Shown here: positions 23,030-35,421 of the stretch, one piece after another
Position numbering within the stretch: position 1 is the stretch's first letter
Layout: every line of letters starts with the position of its first letter
From: Heteronotia binoei
Taxonomy: Eukaryota
Reading direction: 5' to 3'
DNA: 64,000 bases
NCBI RefSeq assembly: GCF_032191835.1
Contig: NC_083230.1
Location: 83,700,001-83,764,000 of the forward strand
Notes under the pieces: model-generated
The model's input: the letters and a program-made list of their open reading frames with translations, nothing else
The model's database searches: none
Told to the model about the DNA's origin: nothing
Position numbers and translations under genes: made by a program

Positions 23030-23700
23030 TTTAACTTTGTATTGATTTATGAAAGTTGCTTAAAGGTTATCTTGGTGAGCTAAAACTGGATGTGAAGGTT
23101 GAAGTAAGTTTATTTATTTATATTTTATCTTATTTTGCTTATAATCCACCTTCCCCGCAAAGCAGGCTCAGGGCAGGTAACTTCAGAAGTCAAACAATTA
23201 AAATGATTAAATCAGATTACAGTTTCATTATGGAATGGCTAAAAATGCAGACAAAACTTAAAACTAGCTTTTAAACTCGGCTTAAGAAACTTTGCCTCAA
23301 CAGTAATGACCTATCAGTCCAAAAGCCCATTCAGATCCTAGTCGCTGGAGTGAAGGGGGGAGGGCTAACAGCAAGTGATGTCCACCACCTCAACTAAAGG
23401 CCTGGCAGAAGAGCTCTGTTTTGCAGGCCCTGTGGAACTGGAGCAGGTTCTGCAGGGACCAGATGTCCAAGGACAGCCCATTCCACCAGGCAGCAACCAA
23501 GGCCAAAAAGGCCCGAGCCCTAGTCGAGGCAAGTTGGATGTCTCTGGAGCCAGGGACCACCAGAAGGTGTTGGGTTGCTGATCTTAAATACCTATGGGGC
23601 TCATATGGGGAGAGGCAGTCCCAAAGGTATGCTGGACGTACAGGGAAAATTTGAATCCCAGTGTCTTGGTCCAGTGTTCTGCTCATAGTATCAAACTGGA
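23030..23700 (-). mobile_element. L2 LINE 3' fragment
   Basis: ORF 23390-23740 ends ...LASTRARAFLALVAAWWNGL..FHRACKTELFCQAF, with antisense tail at 23110-23180. Confidence 0.85.
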
Positions 23701-23814
23701 TTTGGTTCTGTCTGTCAAGTTCCTTCATTTCAACAGTCAATCCAGCACAGTTGGTTCTGTTCCATCATTGCTCTACAATGCCTGTATCTCTTCCCCCCCC
23801 CCACCTCAACTACC

Positions 23815-24035
23815 TATCTATCCCACTTATATTAATCCTCCATCAATTCCCCAATGGGGAACCATAGTGGCCTACAACATTTTCCCCTTCATTTTATCCT
23901 TACAGTCACCCTGTGAGTTAGATAAGGCTGACTGTGTGTGGTGTCCCAAGGTCACCCAGCAAACTTCCTTGGAAGAGCAAGGATTGGAACCTGGGTCTTC
24001 CTGATCCTAGTTCAATGCTTAACCACTACACCATG
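23815..24035 (-). mobile_element. Squam3-like SINE (antisense)
   Basis: ccctgtgagttag...cccaaggtcacccag...ggaacctggg...aaccactacacc. Confidence 0.8.
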
Positions 24036-24043
24036 CTTAAATT

Positions 24044-24242
24044 CAGGGCTTTTTTTGATCAGGAATGCACAGGAACACAGTTCCAGCTGGTTTGGTGCCA
24101 GGGAGTGTGGCCTAATATGCAAATGAGTTCTTGCTGGGCTTCTTCTACAAAAGGCCCTATCTGTAACAATGATGATGTCAGGGGGTGTGGCCTAATATGC
24201 AAATGAGTTCCTGCTGGGCTTTTTCTGACAAAAAAAGCCTTG
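24044..24242. mobile_element. hAT MITE (CAGGGCTTTTTT family) with two 80-bp subunits and perfect TSD CTTAAATT
   Basis: TSD at 24036-24043 and 24243-24250, same family as 13905-14102. Confidence 0.9.
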
Positions 24243-25245
24243 CTTAAATTTGTAATCTGACAACTGGTGTTCACTCAGCTCTGCTTTCTCCCAGCACTGC
24301 CCCCCCCTACACTTGGGCTGGACTACTCTGGCCTCTTTTTTCTCTTCCCTTCTAGCCAGCTGTTCTTTCTTTTTTTTCCTCACTCCACATCCACCTACTC
24401 CTCCCAAGTGCTAGTGCCTTCAAGCTCTCCACCATGTTCTTTTCTGGTCTCTTTTATACCTGTTGCTTTCTCCACCTCTCTTCCTTGCTGCTTTCATGCT
24501 GAATTCTCCCAGCCACTTAGACCTTTCCAGAGCTTCTAGAGCCATGTCTTTCTTAGGCCTCCTTTGGTCAGGTTCACCCAGGTGTGGCAGATGGTGCAAT
24601 TCCCAACTGAGGAGCTTGGCAGCAGGAGCCACACACCTGGCCCAACCATCCAGCAGGTCCCCAGACCTGGTTATATTGACTATTCTCTGTCAGCCCTCCT
24701 TGACTGCTGTGAAGGATAGACTATTGTGTGGCTTTCTCCCTTGAGCTCTGGGAGCTTGAGTAAGGATCTGGCTGGGACATGGGCTCAGGCAGGCAGCTAC
24801 ACCTGCATTACCAAAGGTCAGTGTCGGTTTCACTGTGTTCTACTTTGCTGGTATTGCAGCAGCAATTTTAATTGGGCCGCTGCAGTACCAGCAAAGAGGG
24901 TCGCTATGGAGCTGACATAGCACTCTGGTAACGCACGTTATCACAGTGTTTGGTGACTGCATTTCTAGTGCAGGAAGCACGTACAGCCTTGAAGATTGTG
25001 TGCCCAGTTGCAAAATAATTTTGCCAGGCTTTTAAAAAGTTTTACTGTCAATATGTAGATTGTAAACATATCTTTTAAGGTTTTGTTTTTGTTTCAGTTT
25101 TCCTATTCTGAGTTTTGGAATCCTAGAAACTCAGCTTCCTGGGTACGTTAATTTAGCAAGCTTTTAAAAAAATTAGCATTGGATGAATTTGAAGTGTACT
25201 TGGCTTTCCAAAGATCAAGGTTCTCATTTCATCCAGTTGTCACCT

Positions 25246-25490
25246 AGGGTTCCAGGTCCCTTCTAGCCACCTTTGGGGGGGCAGGGGGTAGGGTTGCCAG
25301 ATTCAGGCAGGGAAACTCCTGGAGATTTGGGGGTGGAGCCTAAGGAGGACAGGGACCTCACTGGGTATAGTAGTATAGAGTCCAGCCTTCAAAGCATCCA
25401 TTTTATCCAGTGAAAGTGATCCTATAGTCTGGAAATTAGCTGTAATTCCAAGGGATCCCTGGGTCACACCTGGCGGATGACATCACTATA
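25246..25490. mobile_element. hAT MITE, TAGGGTTGCCA family
   Basis: TAGGGTTGCCAG at about 25289 and family core ctggagatttgggggtggagcc. Confidence 0.75.
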
Positions 25491-27149
25491 TGTCACCCCA
25501 AATTTACCCGGGTTTCAACATGGGGTGTTTGAAAGTGGAGCATGTGACTTAGTCACCAGTCTTCTCTTGCTGACTGCCTGCACTTGTTCTTTTGTCGCTT
25601 GTAGGTGTCCTTGGTTCATCTCCTTGGACCAGTAAATAATATAAAAATCCTTTTTTAAATTGCATGTTTCTTTTAATGGTGGGGGAATGCTTACATGTAC
25701 TGCTCCTCTGCTATACTACTGCAAGTAGTATGCTGAGTGAAGCAGTTGGCTGGATGGCTTAGTACATGCCCTTTTCTGCATGTGTTTATTGAACCAATTT
25801 TCTCAGAATGCCAATTGGATTGTGTGTATTGGACTGCAGAGGCTTAATCTCAGCGAGTGGTCATTCTGTTGTTTGGCAGGATCTGAGATTGGAAATTAGT
25901 GTTGGGAGATCAGGCTTACATTGGGTGATGAGAGACAGAGACAATATTGGGCCCCTTTTGCTTTCTTTGGTTCTGTGATTCAGTAGGTCTTGCAAACACA
26001 TGTCTGGAATGTAGAGGCTTTTCTGGGAGTGAAGATTGTTTTGTTTAGGAGACTCAGCTGCGCAACACTAGCTGAACTGGAGTGGGGGTGGGTGGAGGAG
26101 AGAGGGGGCTGTGAGTCTCAGACACTGGAGCTGCTGCAGATTAGGAAATGTGGTGGCAGACCAAAGACTTTAACAGCAGGAGTTGCTGCTACAGGCTGGA
26201 ATTGAGGTGTCTTGGATTGAAGGGGGGGGGGCAGTGAATATGGATAGAAACGATCTGAAGCCAAAGGCTGTTTGTTTTGCAGAGCATGTTGGGAAACTGG
26301 TGATATCTGCTTGGATAGTTCCTGGTTGCATGCCCCTCCCTCAGGGAGACGGAGATGCATTCTCTTTGTTTCCCAGCCTGTTAACTCTGTCTCTTCCTGC
26401 CTGACTTCACCCATCTGCTCAATTCCATCTCCCCCCTCCCTTTACCACTTGGTAACAAAAATGACAGGGTGGGAGAAGGAAGAGGCCGATGTTGCTGTGC
26501 TTTTGACTGTGAATAGATGTGGGGTGGGGTAACAGGTCTGTAACTTTAAAATTTCTAAGAGTCCCTTGTGAAATGTGCCATTTTCATTTAGGTTGGTGAA
26601 CATTAATTTGTTTGTAAGACTACCCCACCCAATATGAGCAGTTTGAAACAAATGGATTCTGAAACATGCAGCCCACACAGTTGGGTGAGGGAGGGGGGAA
26701 TGCTGCGTAGGATTGTTGATTTCCAGATCTCTCAGATCCCTGAAGCATAAGGTCTCTAGTTTTTACATCATTATGAAATGTCACAAAGAATGAGACTGCT
26801 TCTAGGGACTCTTCAGAGGCTTGATTACTGCATAATCCTATTTGCAGTGAAGGCTACTTTCCTTCAAATCTACATAAGGTGATGAAATGTGGATTCTTAA
26901 GGATTTAAGTCTGGGGTGGGGAGGGTACAAAGTGTATTCCTTTTATGTCTTGTATTTGAATACTCTGTGCTTTGTCTTTTAAATCAGACATTTGGGGTGG
27001 GGTATTCTATCTAGTATAAATGATTTGGTGGGGATTTGAGAAAGAGTTGGCTGAGGAACTACACTGATGAAGATAGAAGGAAGCTTTATAAACGTACATT
27101 TCCTGCATAAATTCTGAATGCAAAAGCTTCCAAGGTGGGTTATATACAA

Positions 27150-27620
27150 GTAGTAGTAAAATCATAATTAAAGCAGCCAGTAAAAATCAATAATAAGCAA
27201 AAATTTGCAGCAGATTGTAACATCAATTGGTAGAAGCCAATTATCAGCAGAGAAATTAGTAAGTAAACAGAGGAAGGTGTCTGTATTTGTAGGGTAAGAC
27301 TTCCAACTTGGCATAATCAACCATAAAGCTTGAGTGAACAAGCGAGCTTCCAGTGCCTAAAACTAGCCAAGCTGTGTACAGTTGAGTATCTATGGGGAAG
27401 AAGTTTCAAAAGCAAAGTGCCCCTGCAACTAGGGCTCCATCACCTGAAGCTGAGGGCCACATAGCAAAGGGTCTCTGCCCAAGTTCTTACCTGAGGGGGC
27501 AGGCTTAATTTAGAGCATGATGTCTTTTTAAGTATCCTGGTTCCAAACCAGCACTATGAATTGTGCCCAGAAGTGAATAGGCAGCCATTGCAGGTCTCTC
27601 AGGATTGGTGAGAGAGATTT
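27150..27620 (-). mobile_element. Old L2 LINE 3' fragment
   Basis: Antisense encodes LRDLQWLPIHFWAQF (end of ORF 27528-27863) followed by decayed L2 3' sequence. Confidence 0.6.
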
Positions 27621-29989
27621 GCAGTAGTTTGTGCTGCATGCATTTTTTGTCACTTCATTTTTGCACTGCTTGAAGACTTCTGAACAGTCTTTAAATGATG
27701 TTCCATAGAGAGCATGATGAGAGAGTGCATTCTCGATGTGATTGGGTCCTAGATGATCTAGTAATGCCTGTAAGGAAAGGGTGCTGATGGCATTCAGACT
27801 GAAATCAGGTAAAGGTACTATATGCTTCAGAGGAGATCTGAGCCTCCTTTGCAGTATCTTCACTGCTGAATAATGGGGAAGTCTTTGCAGTTAGAAAAAG
27901 CAGTGCAGAAGACAGTGGAGATAACATTTGGTAGGACAAAGGGATATAGAGCCGTATGTTTGTGAAGATGCTCTTGGCATTTGATGGCTGAAATTTCTGT
28001 GGTCCTTGTTCCAGCATTGTCGCCTGCAATTCTGTTTTAATACTGCACACACAGTTAGCCTGCGGCACAGTTGCTACAAATACCTCATGCAACAGGAACA
28101 TGTGACATGATTTGAAAGGCACGTGAGGGGTTGTAGTCTAGTCTGGTTATGAAAAGACAGGTGTGTGTACTTGCCTGCCTCTCCTGCACTGTGCTGCTGC
28201 CTGTTCCCTGGACCAGGAGATCAGAGGGGGGAAATCACTTAAAAGCATGTAGACTTTGTGGATACTGTACTTCTGGAATGACACCATCTCCCACTTCAGA
28301 TCTGACTGTGATGCACCTGCCAAAAAACTTGGCCACCATCTTCTTACCCATTGTTAATACCTTGGATCTTGCTCACATCTATCCTGTTAACCTAGCTGAT
28401 CCTCCTTTCAAATCCTGTAGATGACAAAATCCTCAAATAAAGGTGTTTAGAAAAGTGTACTGATTTAAGTATGCAAGATAAGTAGGTGTGCATAATCAGA
28501 GGCTATGGTCTCCTTGGAAATGAATTAGAATTTTGTATGACTTTTTATGAGCAGAAACCTCTTTGCAGGTATTAGGCCTTCATTTTGGAGGACAGATACT
28601 TTCCCACATTCAGTCCTTGTATCACTTGTAGGATTGTAGACCTGCTCACAAAAATACCTTGTATGTGGCCACTGATGTTATAAATGGATTCCATTTTTCC
28701 TGAGTCTGCAGACAACAAACCTGAACCAGTGACTCAGATGTCAGCTCCTGTGTGCTCTCAGTCTCCCTACCTCCCAGCTAATCTCATTGGAGTTTTGGCT
28801 CTAAAGCCGAGTGACAACACTCCTTAAATGTCAGCATTAACTTTGGTTTGCTGATGATTTTAACAGATGGAATGAGAATCAGCCCCTTGGGAGAGGTAGG
28901 GAAGAGGACAAGGAGTTCCTAACAGAGGAAGAAACAAACTGGAGAGAAAGAAGGGACTGTGAAGATAAAGAGAAACCAAAAGGAGCCCGAGACATGGGTG
29001 GATTGTATAATGCCGGTCCTAAGGGGGACGTACCTCCTAATGAGTAATGCAGGACGTGATGATAAGATAATGGCTGGGTATTTAATAAGCAAAACATGCA
29101 TTATGTAAGGGCCATGTTCCATCTGTCTTGCCCAAGCAGAGGTGTTCTTCTGTGTACTGAATTGGAGTATCCTTGTCTTAAGTGTACGCCTAGCCCTAAG
29201 GGCTGCAACAACTAGAATGGAATACCACAGCTTTGCCTTAACAAAGTTCACGGGCAGGGTGGTAATGCTTGGGTGAGTCTGTGTTTCCTGTCCTCTGAAG
29301 ACATGTCCAAGTGATTGCATTTTTTTTTTAAAAGCTTCCTGTTCTTTTGGTACACCCAATCATTTTATATTTCCAATTTGTTGTGGTGGTCGTTTTCTTT
29401 CTTCCCTCCTGAGCCAAAATATTGCTAATAGTGCTGCAGCAGGAGTTTGGGATTTGTTTCTTCTTTGTTCATCTTGCGGTTCCTCTTTACAGCCCTTTGT
29501 TGTCACTTAACGCTTATAAGAGGAAATGGATGTTCATTTTCATCAGCCAATCCAGCTGTGTAGATAAGTACCAGAGTCTTACTAGCTTGCATGCCCATGA
29601 TTAATTTCTGAAGGCAGGTGCTGGGATTCAATCCTGTCTGAAAGCCTTTCTTCCTAATCCCAGATGTGGAGGGGTAGGCTGTAGTCTCTCACTGGATCCA
29701 GATAACTATGTGGCTGATGCATAGAGGTTGCTGCTCTTTATTCGATGTTTTTCATAGCAGACTTTGAGAAATGAATGCAGGGTTCCAGGAATGGGCCCAA
29801 TCTGAACTCTATCCTGCCTTCCTTGCCTACACATGTGTGTTTCACAGGATAGCTTTTATCAGTTGATATAGGGTGAATGGATTTAGTTCCAGGTTGCATT
29901 TGGGCTGCTGAAGATCCTGATTGGCTTTTTTTAGCCTTGGAAGTTCACATCATCTTGTGATTGTGATTCTGTCCATATATTCTTAATCT

Positions 29990-30170
29990 TTAGGGTTTGT
30001 AGAAACTTTCGGGCTCAAGTGCCGTGTTCTACTTGAGAAAGTTTTCCTTCCAGACGTTTCGTTCTCAGCTGGAAGGAAGGAAAACTTTCTCCAGTAGAAC
30101 ACGGCACTTGAGCCCAAAAGATTCTACAAACCCTAATGATGTTACCAGCTGTGAAAACCTGAAATCTTTG
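29990..30170. mobile_element. Penelope-like element terminus in inverted (tail-to-tail) arrangement, flanked by a 13-bp duplication ATATTCTTAATCT
   Basis: 61-bp arms 29991-30051 and 30075-30135 (3 mismatches), antisense CGAAACGTC half-hammerhead in the loop, PLE 3' end gtgaaaacctgaaatct, duplication at 29977-29989 and 30171-30183. Confidence 0.8.
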
Positions 30171-30227
30171 ATATTCTTAATCTGATAGTAAAATTTGGGA
30201 AGCACCAGAACTACACAATAGCCTCTG

Positions 30228-30504
30228 GAGAGCCAGTTTGGTATAGTGGTTAAGTGTGTGGACTGTTACCTGGGAGAACCGGGTTCGATTCCCCACTCCT
30301 CCGCTTGCATCTGCTAGCATAGCCTTGGGTCAGCCATAGCTCCGGCAGAGGTTGTCCTTAAAAGGGCAGCTGCTGTGAGAGCCCTCTCCAGCCCCACCCA
30401 CCTCACAGGGTGTCTGTTGTGGAGGAGGAAGGTAAAGGAGATTGTGAGCTTCTCTGAGACTCTTTGGAGTGGAGGGCGGGATATAAATCCAATATCTTCT
30501 TCTT
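30228..30504 (+). mobile_element. Squam3-like tRNA SINE, full length and well preserved
   Basis: A box TGGTATAGTGG, perfect B box GGTTCGATTCC (30282-30292) and (TTC)n tail. Confidence 0.9.
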
Positions 30505-31014
30505 ATATTCTTTCCTCTTGATGTTTCAATCTGGGAAGGTGACTAAATATTGCCATGTTCTGTTTGCTTCTCCACTCCTCCCCATCCTGTGTGGGGGGGG
30601 GGGGTGTGTGCATGTGTGTGTGAATTCTGAAACAGAGTGGATTGGCTAAACTGCTGCTTGTTTGAATATTTTTTTCTGGGTATTCTTTTTCCATTAACCA
30701 ATATCTGAAACTGAGCTGTACTTCCAACTATCAGACACTTAAAATGTTTTTTCCTGTTGGTCCCCAAGGAATATATAAAACAACCATTTAAAATGGCATT
30801 GGCGTAAAATAATAACTTCAACGCTCTGAAGTTACACAGAACAAACCTCAGCAGATAATCATAAAAATAACATCTAATGAAACACAGCTAAATCTGCGGA
30901 GAAGCAAAACTGTGTTTGTGGTACCTGAAAGATAAGACAGCCCTGATGGATGTATTTGAGAAGAGAATTCTGTAGCTGGGTTCCACCTGCAGAAAAAGAT
31001 AGTCATCTACCCAG

Positions 31015-31140
31015 GCCTCTGATTCAGTGGGAGCTCACAGGAGCACAGCTCCTGAACCTTTCTGAGAGTTCCACCTCCTTGTCCATTGAATAGTAGGTGC
31101 AGCTGCATAACAATGCCTGGATGAGCTCCACCACCTATTT
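31015..31140. mobile_element. hAT MITE fragment
   Basis: Right terminus ccacctatttttctacaaaacgacccctg resembles the CAGGG..GTAGAAAAA terminal motif of the 24044 family. Confidence 0.5.
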
Positions 31141-31549
31141 TTCTACAAAACGACCCCTGCATACACCTTGCCTCGACTTGGGGAGGGGGGCACCTGGCAT
31201 AGGGTCTAGGTAGAAGATCTTAACTGTATTCTATCTTATGATTTATGTTCAGGGTTGAGAACGGTGGCATTGGCTGCCAAAGGCTGCCTAAAAATAAGTT
31301 TAGGTCAAAAGTGGACTCTGTATTTTCCTGATAGCTTTGTTCAACTATGGAATACAGTACTAGGCAAAAATATCACCACTATAACCTTTTTTCCCAACAC
31401 ACTTGTAGCTCTGTAGTTACATAGGTTATTGGTGGAAGATGCAGTGCCTAGTGAAATCTGTACACAGAAGCTCCTGAGGATTTTCATTTGCCAGGGATAA
31501 GGTTGTGACATTTGTAGTAGCTCTTTACCCTCTTCTTTGTCTAGTAGAA

Positions 31550-31687
31550 GGAGCCCTTTGGCACAGAGTGGTAAGCTGCAGTACTGCAGTCCAAGCTCTG
31601 CTCATGACCTGAGTTCGATCCCAGCAGAAGCTAGGTTCAGGTAGCCAGCTCAAGGCTGATGCAGCCTTCCATCCTTCCGAGGTCGGC
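31550..31687 (+). mobile_element. Sauria SINE, 5' half
   Basis: Matches the head and body of the 15124 copy. Confidence 0.85.
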
Positions 31688-32901
31688 ATAAGGTTATGCT
31701 TCCTGTCTTGCCTCAGTAATGAGATCACCAGAGGAATGTGGGGTAAGATGGGGGCTATCCCTGTTGTCAAAGAAACTGGGCCAATGTTCCACGAGTATGG
31801 TTCCCTTGGCAACAAGGGACTTTCTTTTCCTTGCACCAGTGTAGATTAGAGGCAAAGCATTGTGGCTTTTTTGCATTCACTGGTGTCATTACATTGTTAA
31901 ATCTGGCTATGTGGCGCTGTTATACCATCATGACCCCTACATGATCCCTGTGAAGAAGAAAGCCTGGATTAAAAATAAAAACAAAGCCAGGGCACCAAAG
32001 TAGTGGCAGCAAAACAGGGAAGGAGAGCTGCTAACTGCTGCAAATGGCAGCAAAAAAGTTGCTGCTAGAATTTCAGTGTTTTGTTCCCCCTAGAAGCTCT
32101 TATTTAGCCTCAAAGTAGAGAGTAAAAATTTTGTGCTGCCCTAATTTTCAACTTTGTTAAATATTTGAAAATATGTACTATATTGGCTACTAGTAAGATC
32201 CTCACCAAGAAAGCTAAATTTGGCTACAAAATAAATGAAGCATACTTTGCATCATTCTGGAGTTGTGCAGAGCTACTGATGCTCACCACCACAATTACTA
32301 CAAAGGCTGCTTCCAAGAGTCATTATCCACACACATTCAGGCCTATCTTCAGCAGTTTGTTAGCTCTCAATAACTGTGATTAAGTCTCTAAATATGAGAG
32401 CTGAGGTTCTCAAGATGCATTCTGTGTGCCATGCTGAAATCTCCATTTTATTCTAAAACGTAATGGACAACTGTTGCACAGAATGCATAATATTCTGATC
32501 CTAGGAAATTCTGGGACAGTCTTGAGTTGAAGTGCTGATTCATTAGTAAGGCTTTTGGCAAACCCAGATTCTTTATCCAGAGTGAGTTAACTTTCTGTCC
32601 ATGTCACGAAACTATTTTAAACAGCTGATCATCTTGAAAAATATTCTAAATCTCTTAAAAAACAAACAAACACCTTCATGGCCTCAGATGCCTTCCAAAA
32701 ATGAGTCTAGAGTTCTACTGGGGAGTGCTGCACAGCGTGGACTCCATTCCTTTTAAATGACAACTCAAGCTGCTGGTAGAAGCAGAATCCAGAGCCTCTC
32801 CAGCAGATCAGAAACCCTGCAGAGGTTCTTATGCATGGCCTTTTGTTAGCAGCCTAGTCTATTCTTAATGTAAGCAAAGAAGGAACAATATGATGGGGTA
32901 A

Positions 32902-33079
32902 TAGGGTTGCCAGCTCTTGGTTGGGAAATATCTGGGGATTTTGGGGGTGGGCTTGGAGAAGGGACTTCAGCAAGATATAATGCCATGGAGTCCACCCTCC
33001 AAGGCAGCCATTTTCCCCAAGGAAATGATCCTGAACATTTGGAAGTCAATTATAATAGCAGGAGATCATTGGCGACCTA
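32902..33079. mobile_element. hAT MITE, TAGGGTTGCCA family
   Basis: TAGGGTTGCCAG ... TGGCGACCTA termini and family core. Confidence 0.8.
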
Positions 33080-34977
33080 GTAATAGTGGTGTGTGCCCTG
33101 AGAGGGATATGTTGGAGCATGGGTAGTATGGACTAGCTTTGTGCCTTAGGAGGAGGTGTAGAAAGCTGAGGGCTCAGAACTGAGTGGTGTTCATACTGCT
33201 GTTTGAGGTGGGTGGTTTAAATGCAACTAGCTCAGAGTGTCATTTGAACAGAGTAGACCTCCAACTGCTGTAGAATATGGCTGCTCGCCATATTGTCTGA
33301 GGTGGAATGTCATGATCATATCCATCAACCGCATTGACTACCAGTGGACTTCCAAATTCAATTCAAGATGCTGGTATTAATCTTGGGTTGTATTTATTAA
33401 CTTTGCTGTCGATCACCTTCAGTGCACAGAGGTGAGATGTAAATCTCAAAATAACATATATTCGAAACCTTGTGACTGGCTCACTGATAATTGTTTAGGG
33501 GGAAGAGCCTGCTTACTTAAGGCTTGGAATGGCCCAGCGATACTTTCCAAATGACAGGAATCTTTTTGGCTGGTCTTGTGCGGCATAATTAGAAATTCCT
33601 GTTTATCTTGTGACCCCTAGGAAAGTTATAACACATCCTGTATATGGGTTTAAAGGGACGTGTACTGCTCTAAAACAGTTTCTGGTTTGGCTGGCTGCTA
33701 AATTTGGCTGCTGCCTTCCCAACATCTAATTAAATGAGAAATAAAATTGTATCTTCCGTATGTGTCTGTGTGTAGAAGTCCCTGTGTCGTTTCCCTTCAG
33801 TGTTCTTGAACTGATACACAGGATTGGTGCGTGTGTATGATTACATTTTAGTAACTGCTCGGAAGTGTGAAAGAGTGATTACTAAATAGGTAGGACAAAT
33901 GAGATAGTATGACTTTTAAAAAGTGCTTGGTCTGTGAATGATTTCACTGCATAACAATATCCACGTTCTTTGGAAGTAGCATTGCTGTGTTATCTCAGGA
34001 AGTGATGTGCGTGAACAGGAACTACTCACCCAGAAGAACTCCCCTGCTGGTAGAATTCTGATTCACAGCCTTCACCAAGCAGATTTCTTTTGTTGCATGG
34101 CCATGAAATATGTGTTCCTTACTTCTCCAGGGTGGTGATCTGCTACCAGTCTCTAGTTGTGATCGTTTTCACTGAATTACTGTGCTGCTTAATGTCTTAT
34201 TCTTTTCTGTAATATTTATTTCTGGATTTAAATTGGCACATTGCTGCTTTTTATTTTCTTTTTTATTGGGTTTTATTAATGGCTCAGTTGATATTTATGG
34301 CTTTTTAAAGAAATGTTTTTGGTTCTTCCTTTTAGCCTAACAGTGTTTCATGGTAGTTCTATATTGCCTCAGAATTTTATTTATTGAGAGCTTGGGTTAC
34401 AAATATTAACTGTTTGCCTTCTCAAGATGTTTGTCCATTGCATCCTTAGGAATGGCTTGTTTTACATGTGCTGTCACTTAAATGTCTCCTGTTGCTGTCT
34501 CATAATTACTTACAAATGATCCTTGATTGATAATGAACATGCTAAAACATTTGCTACACCAAATAACTTACATTGTTTGAGTGCAATCTGTGGTTTGAGA
34601 CTCTGAGGGCAGAGTAGTAGTTAGCTCTTTTCGCGCAAATATATATTGGTAAGTGTATTTTATGCTGGTCTGTGGCTTTGAAAACAATATCCATGAACAC
34701 TTCCATTGGCTATAAATTTCTGTTTTTTCCGTGCTTGAATTCACAAAGTGGTTTTGTTCCCCAAATTTATGAACACCAGCACTTTCAGATTTCTTATGAG
34801 GCCAGAATTTTAAATTCATAAATACCTGGCAAAGTAAAAATACTGCGAGTAGAGTTTTCCATGGTGGCTAGAATAATTGGGACCTGTGTTCTTGCAAAAT
34901 GCATTTCCTTGAAGGTGACTGCCTTGACCCAGGAATGTGTGGTGATTATTATTTTTTTGTTGTCTGTTCCTATGCAG

Positions 34978-35088
34978 GTGCCAATATAGCCACAGGAGAA
35001 GAGGTAGCCATTAAGTTGGAATGTGTCAAAACCAAGCACCCACAACTCCACATCGAAAGCAAATTTTACAAGATGATGCAGGGAGGTG
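34978..35088 (+). CDS. CSNK1E: CSNK1E exon 3 ([36 protein letters not shown])
   Basis: tatgcAG acceptor, GTAGGT donor, 111 nt, catalytic Lys38 in VAIK. Confidence 0.98.
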
Positions 35089-35272
35089 GTAGGTTCATAG
35101 AAGAACAACATTGTATTCAGGAATGATACAGCAGAAGCTGTTCTTGAATGTTGTTGGGTATAGGGGAGAGCAGGATGGTTTGGGACCTGGTGTCTTATGC
35201 CTGCCTCTCTCCTGAGTCCTAAGGGGTGTGCGTGTGTTTTCTCTCCCACCCCTGCCATTTGGTCCTTTTTAG

Positions 35273-35421
35273 TGGGTATCCCTTCCATTAAGTGGTGTGG
35301 TGCAGAAGGAGACTATAATGTGATGGTGATGGAACTTCTGGGACCCAGCTTGGAGGACCTCTTCAACTTCTGCTCTCGCAAATTCAGTCTCAAGACTGTT
35401 CTGCTTCTGGCAGATCAGATG
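35273..35421 (+). CDS. CSNK1E: CSNK1E exon 4 ([30 protein letters not shown]...LLADQM)
   Basis: tttttAG acceptor, GTGAGT donor, 149 nt, hinge [12 protein letters not shown]. Confidence 0.98.

Noticed and set aside
27714-27802. Possible C/D box snoRNA (ATGATGA ... CTGA)
   Set aside because: No terminal stem, no recognisable rRNA/snRNA antisense element, and adjacent to decayed L2 sequence.
28867-29048. Purine-rich coding-looking stretch or 29-nt poison micro-exon in intron 2
   Set aside because: Weak pyrimidine tract, no homology recognised, and not in frame with exon 2. Unsupported without RNA data.
30228-30300. tRNA-like sequence with A and B boxes (also 16016, 62724, 15124)
   Set aside because: SINE heads continuing into SINE bodies, with no cloverleaf acceptor stem or Pol III terminator. 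Not tRNA genes.
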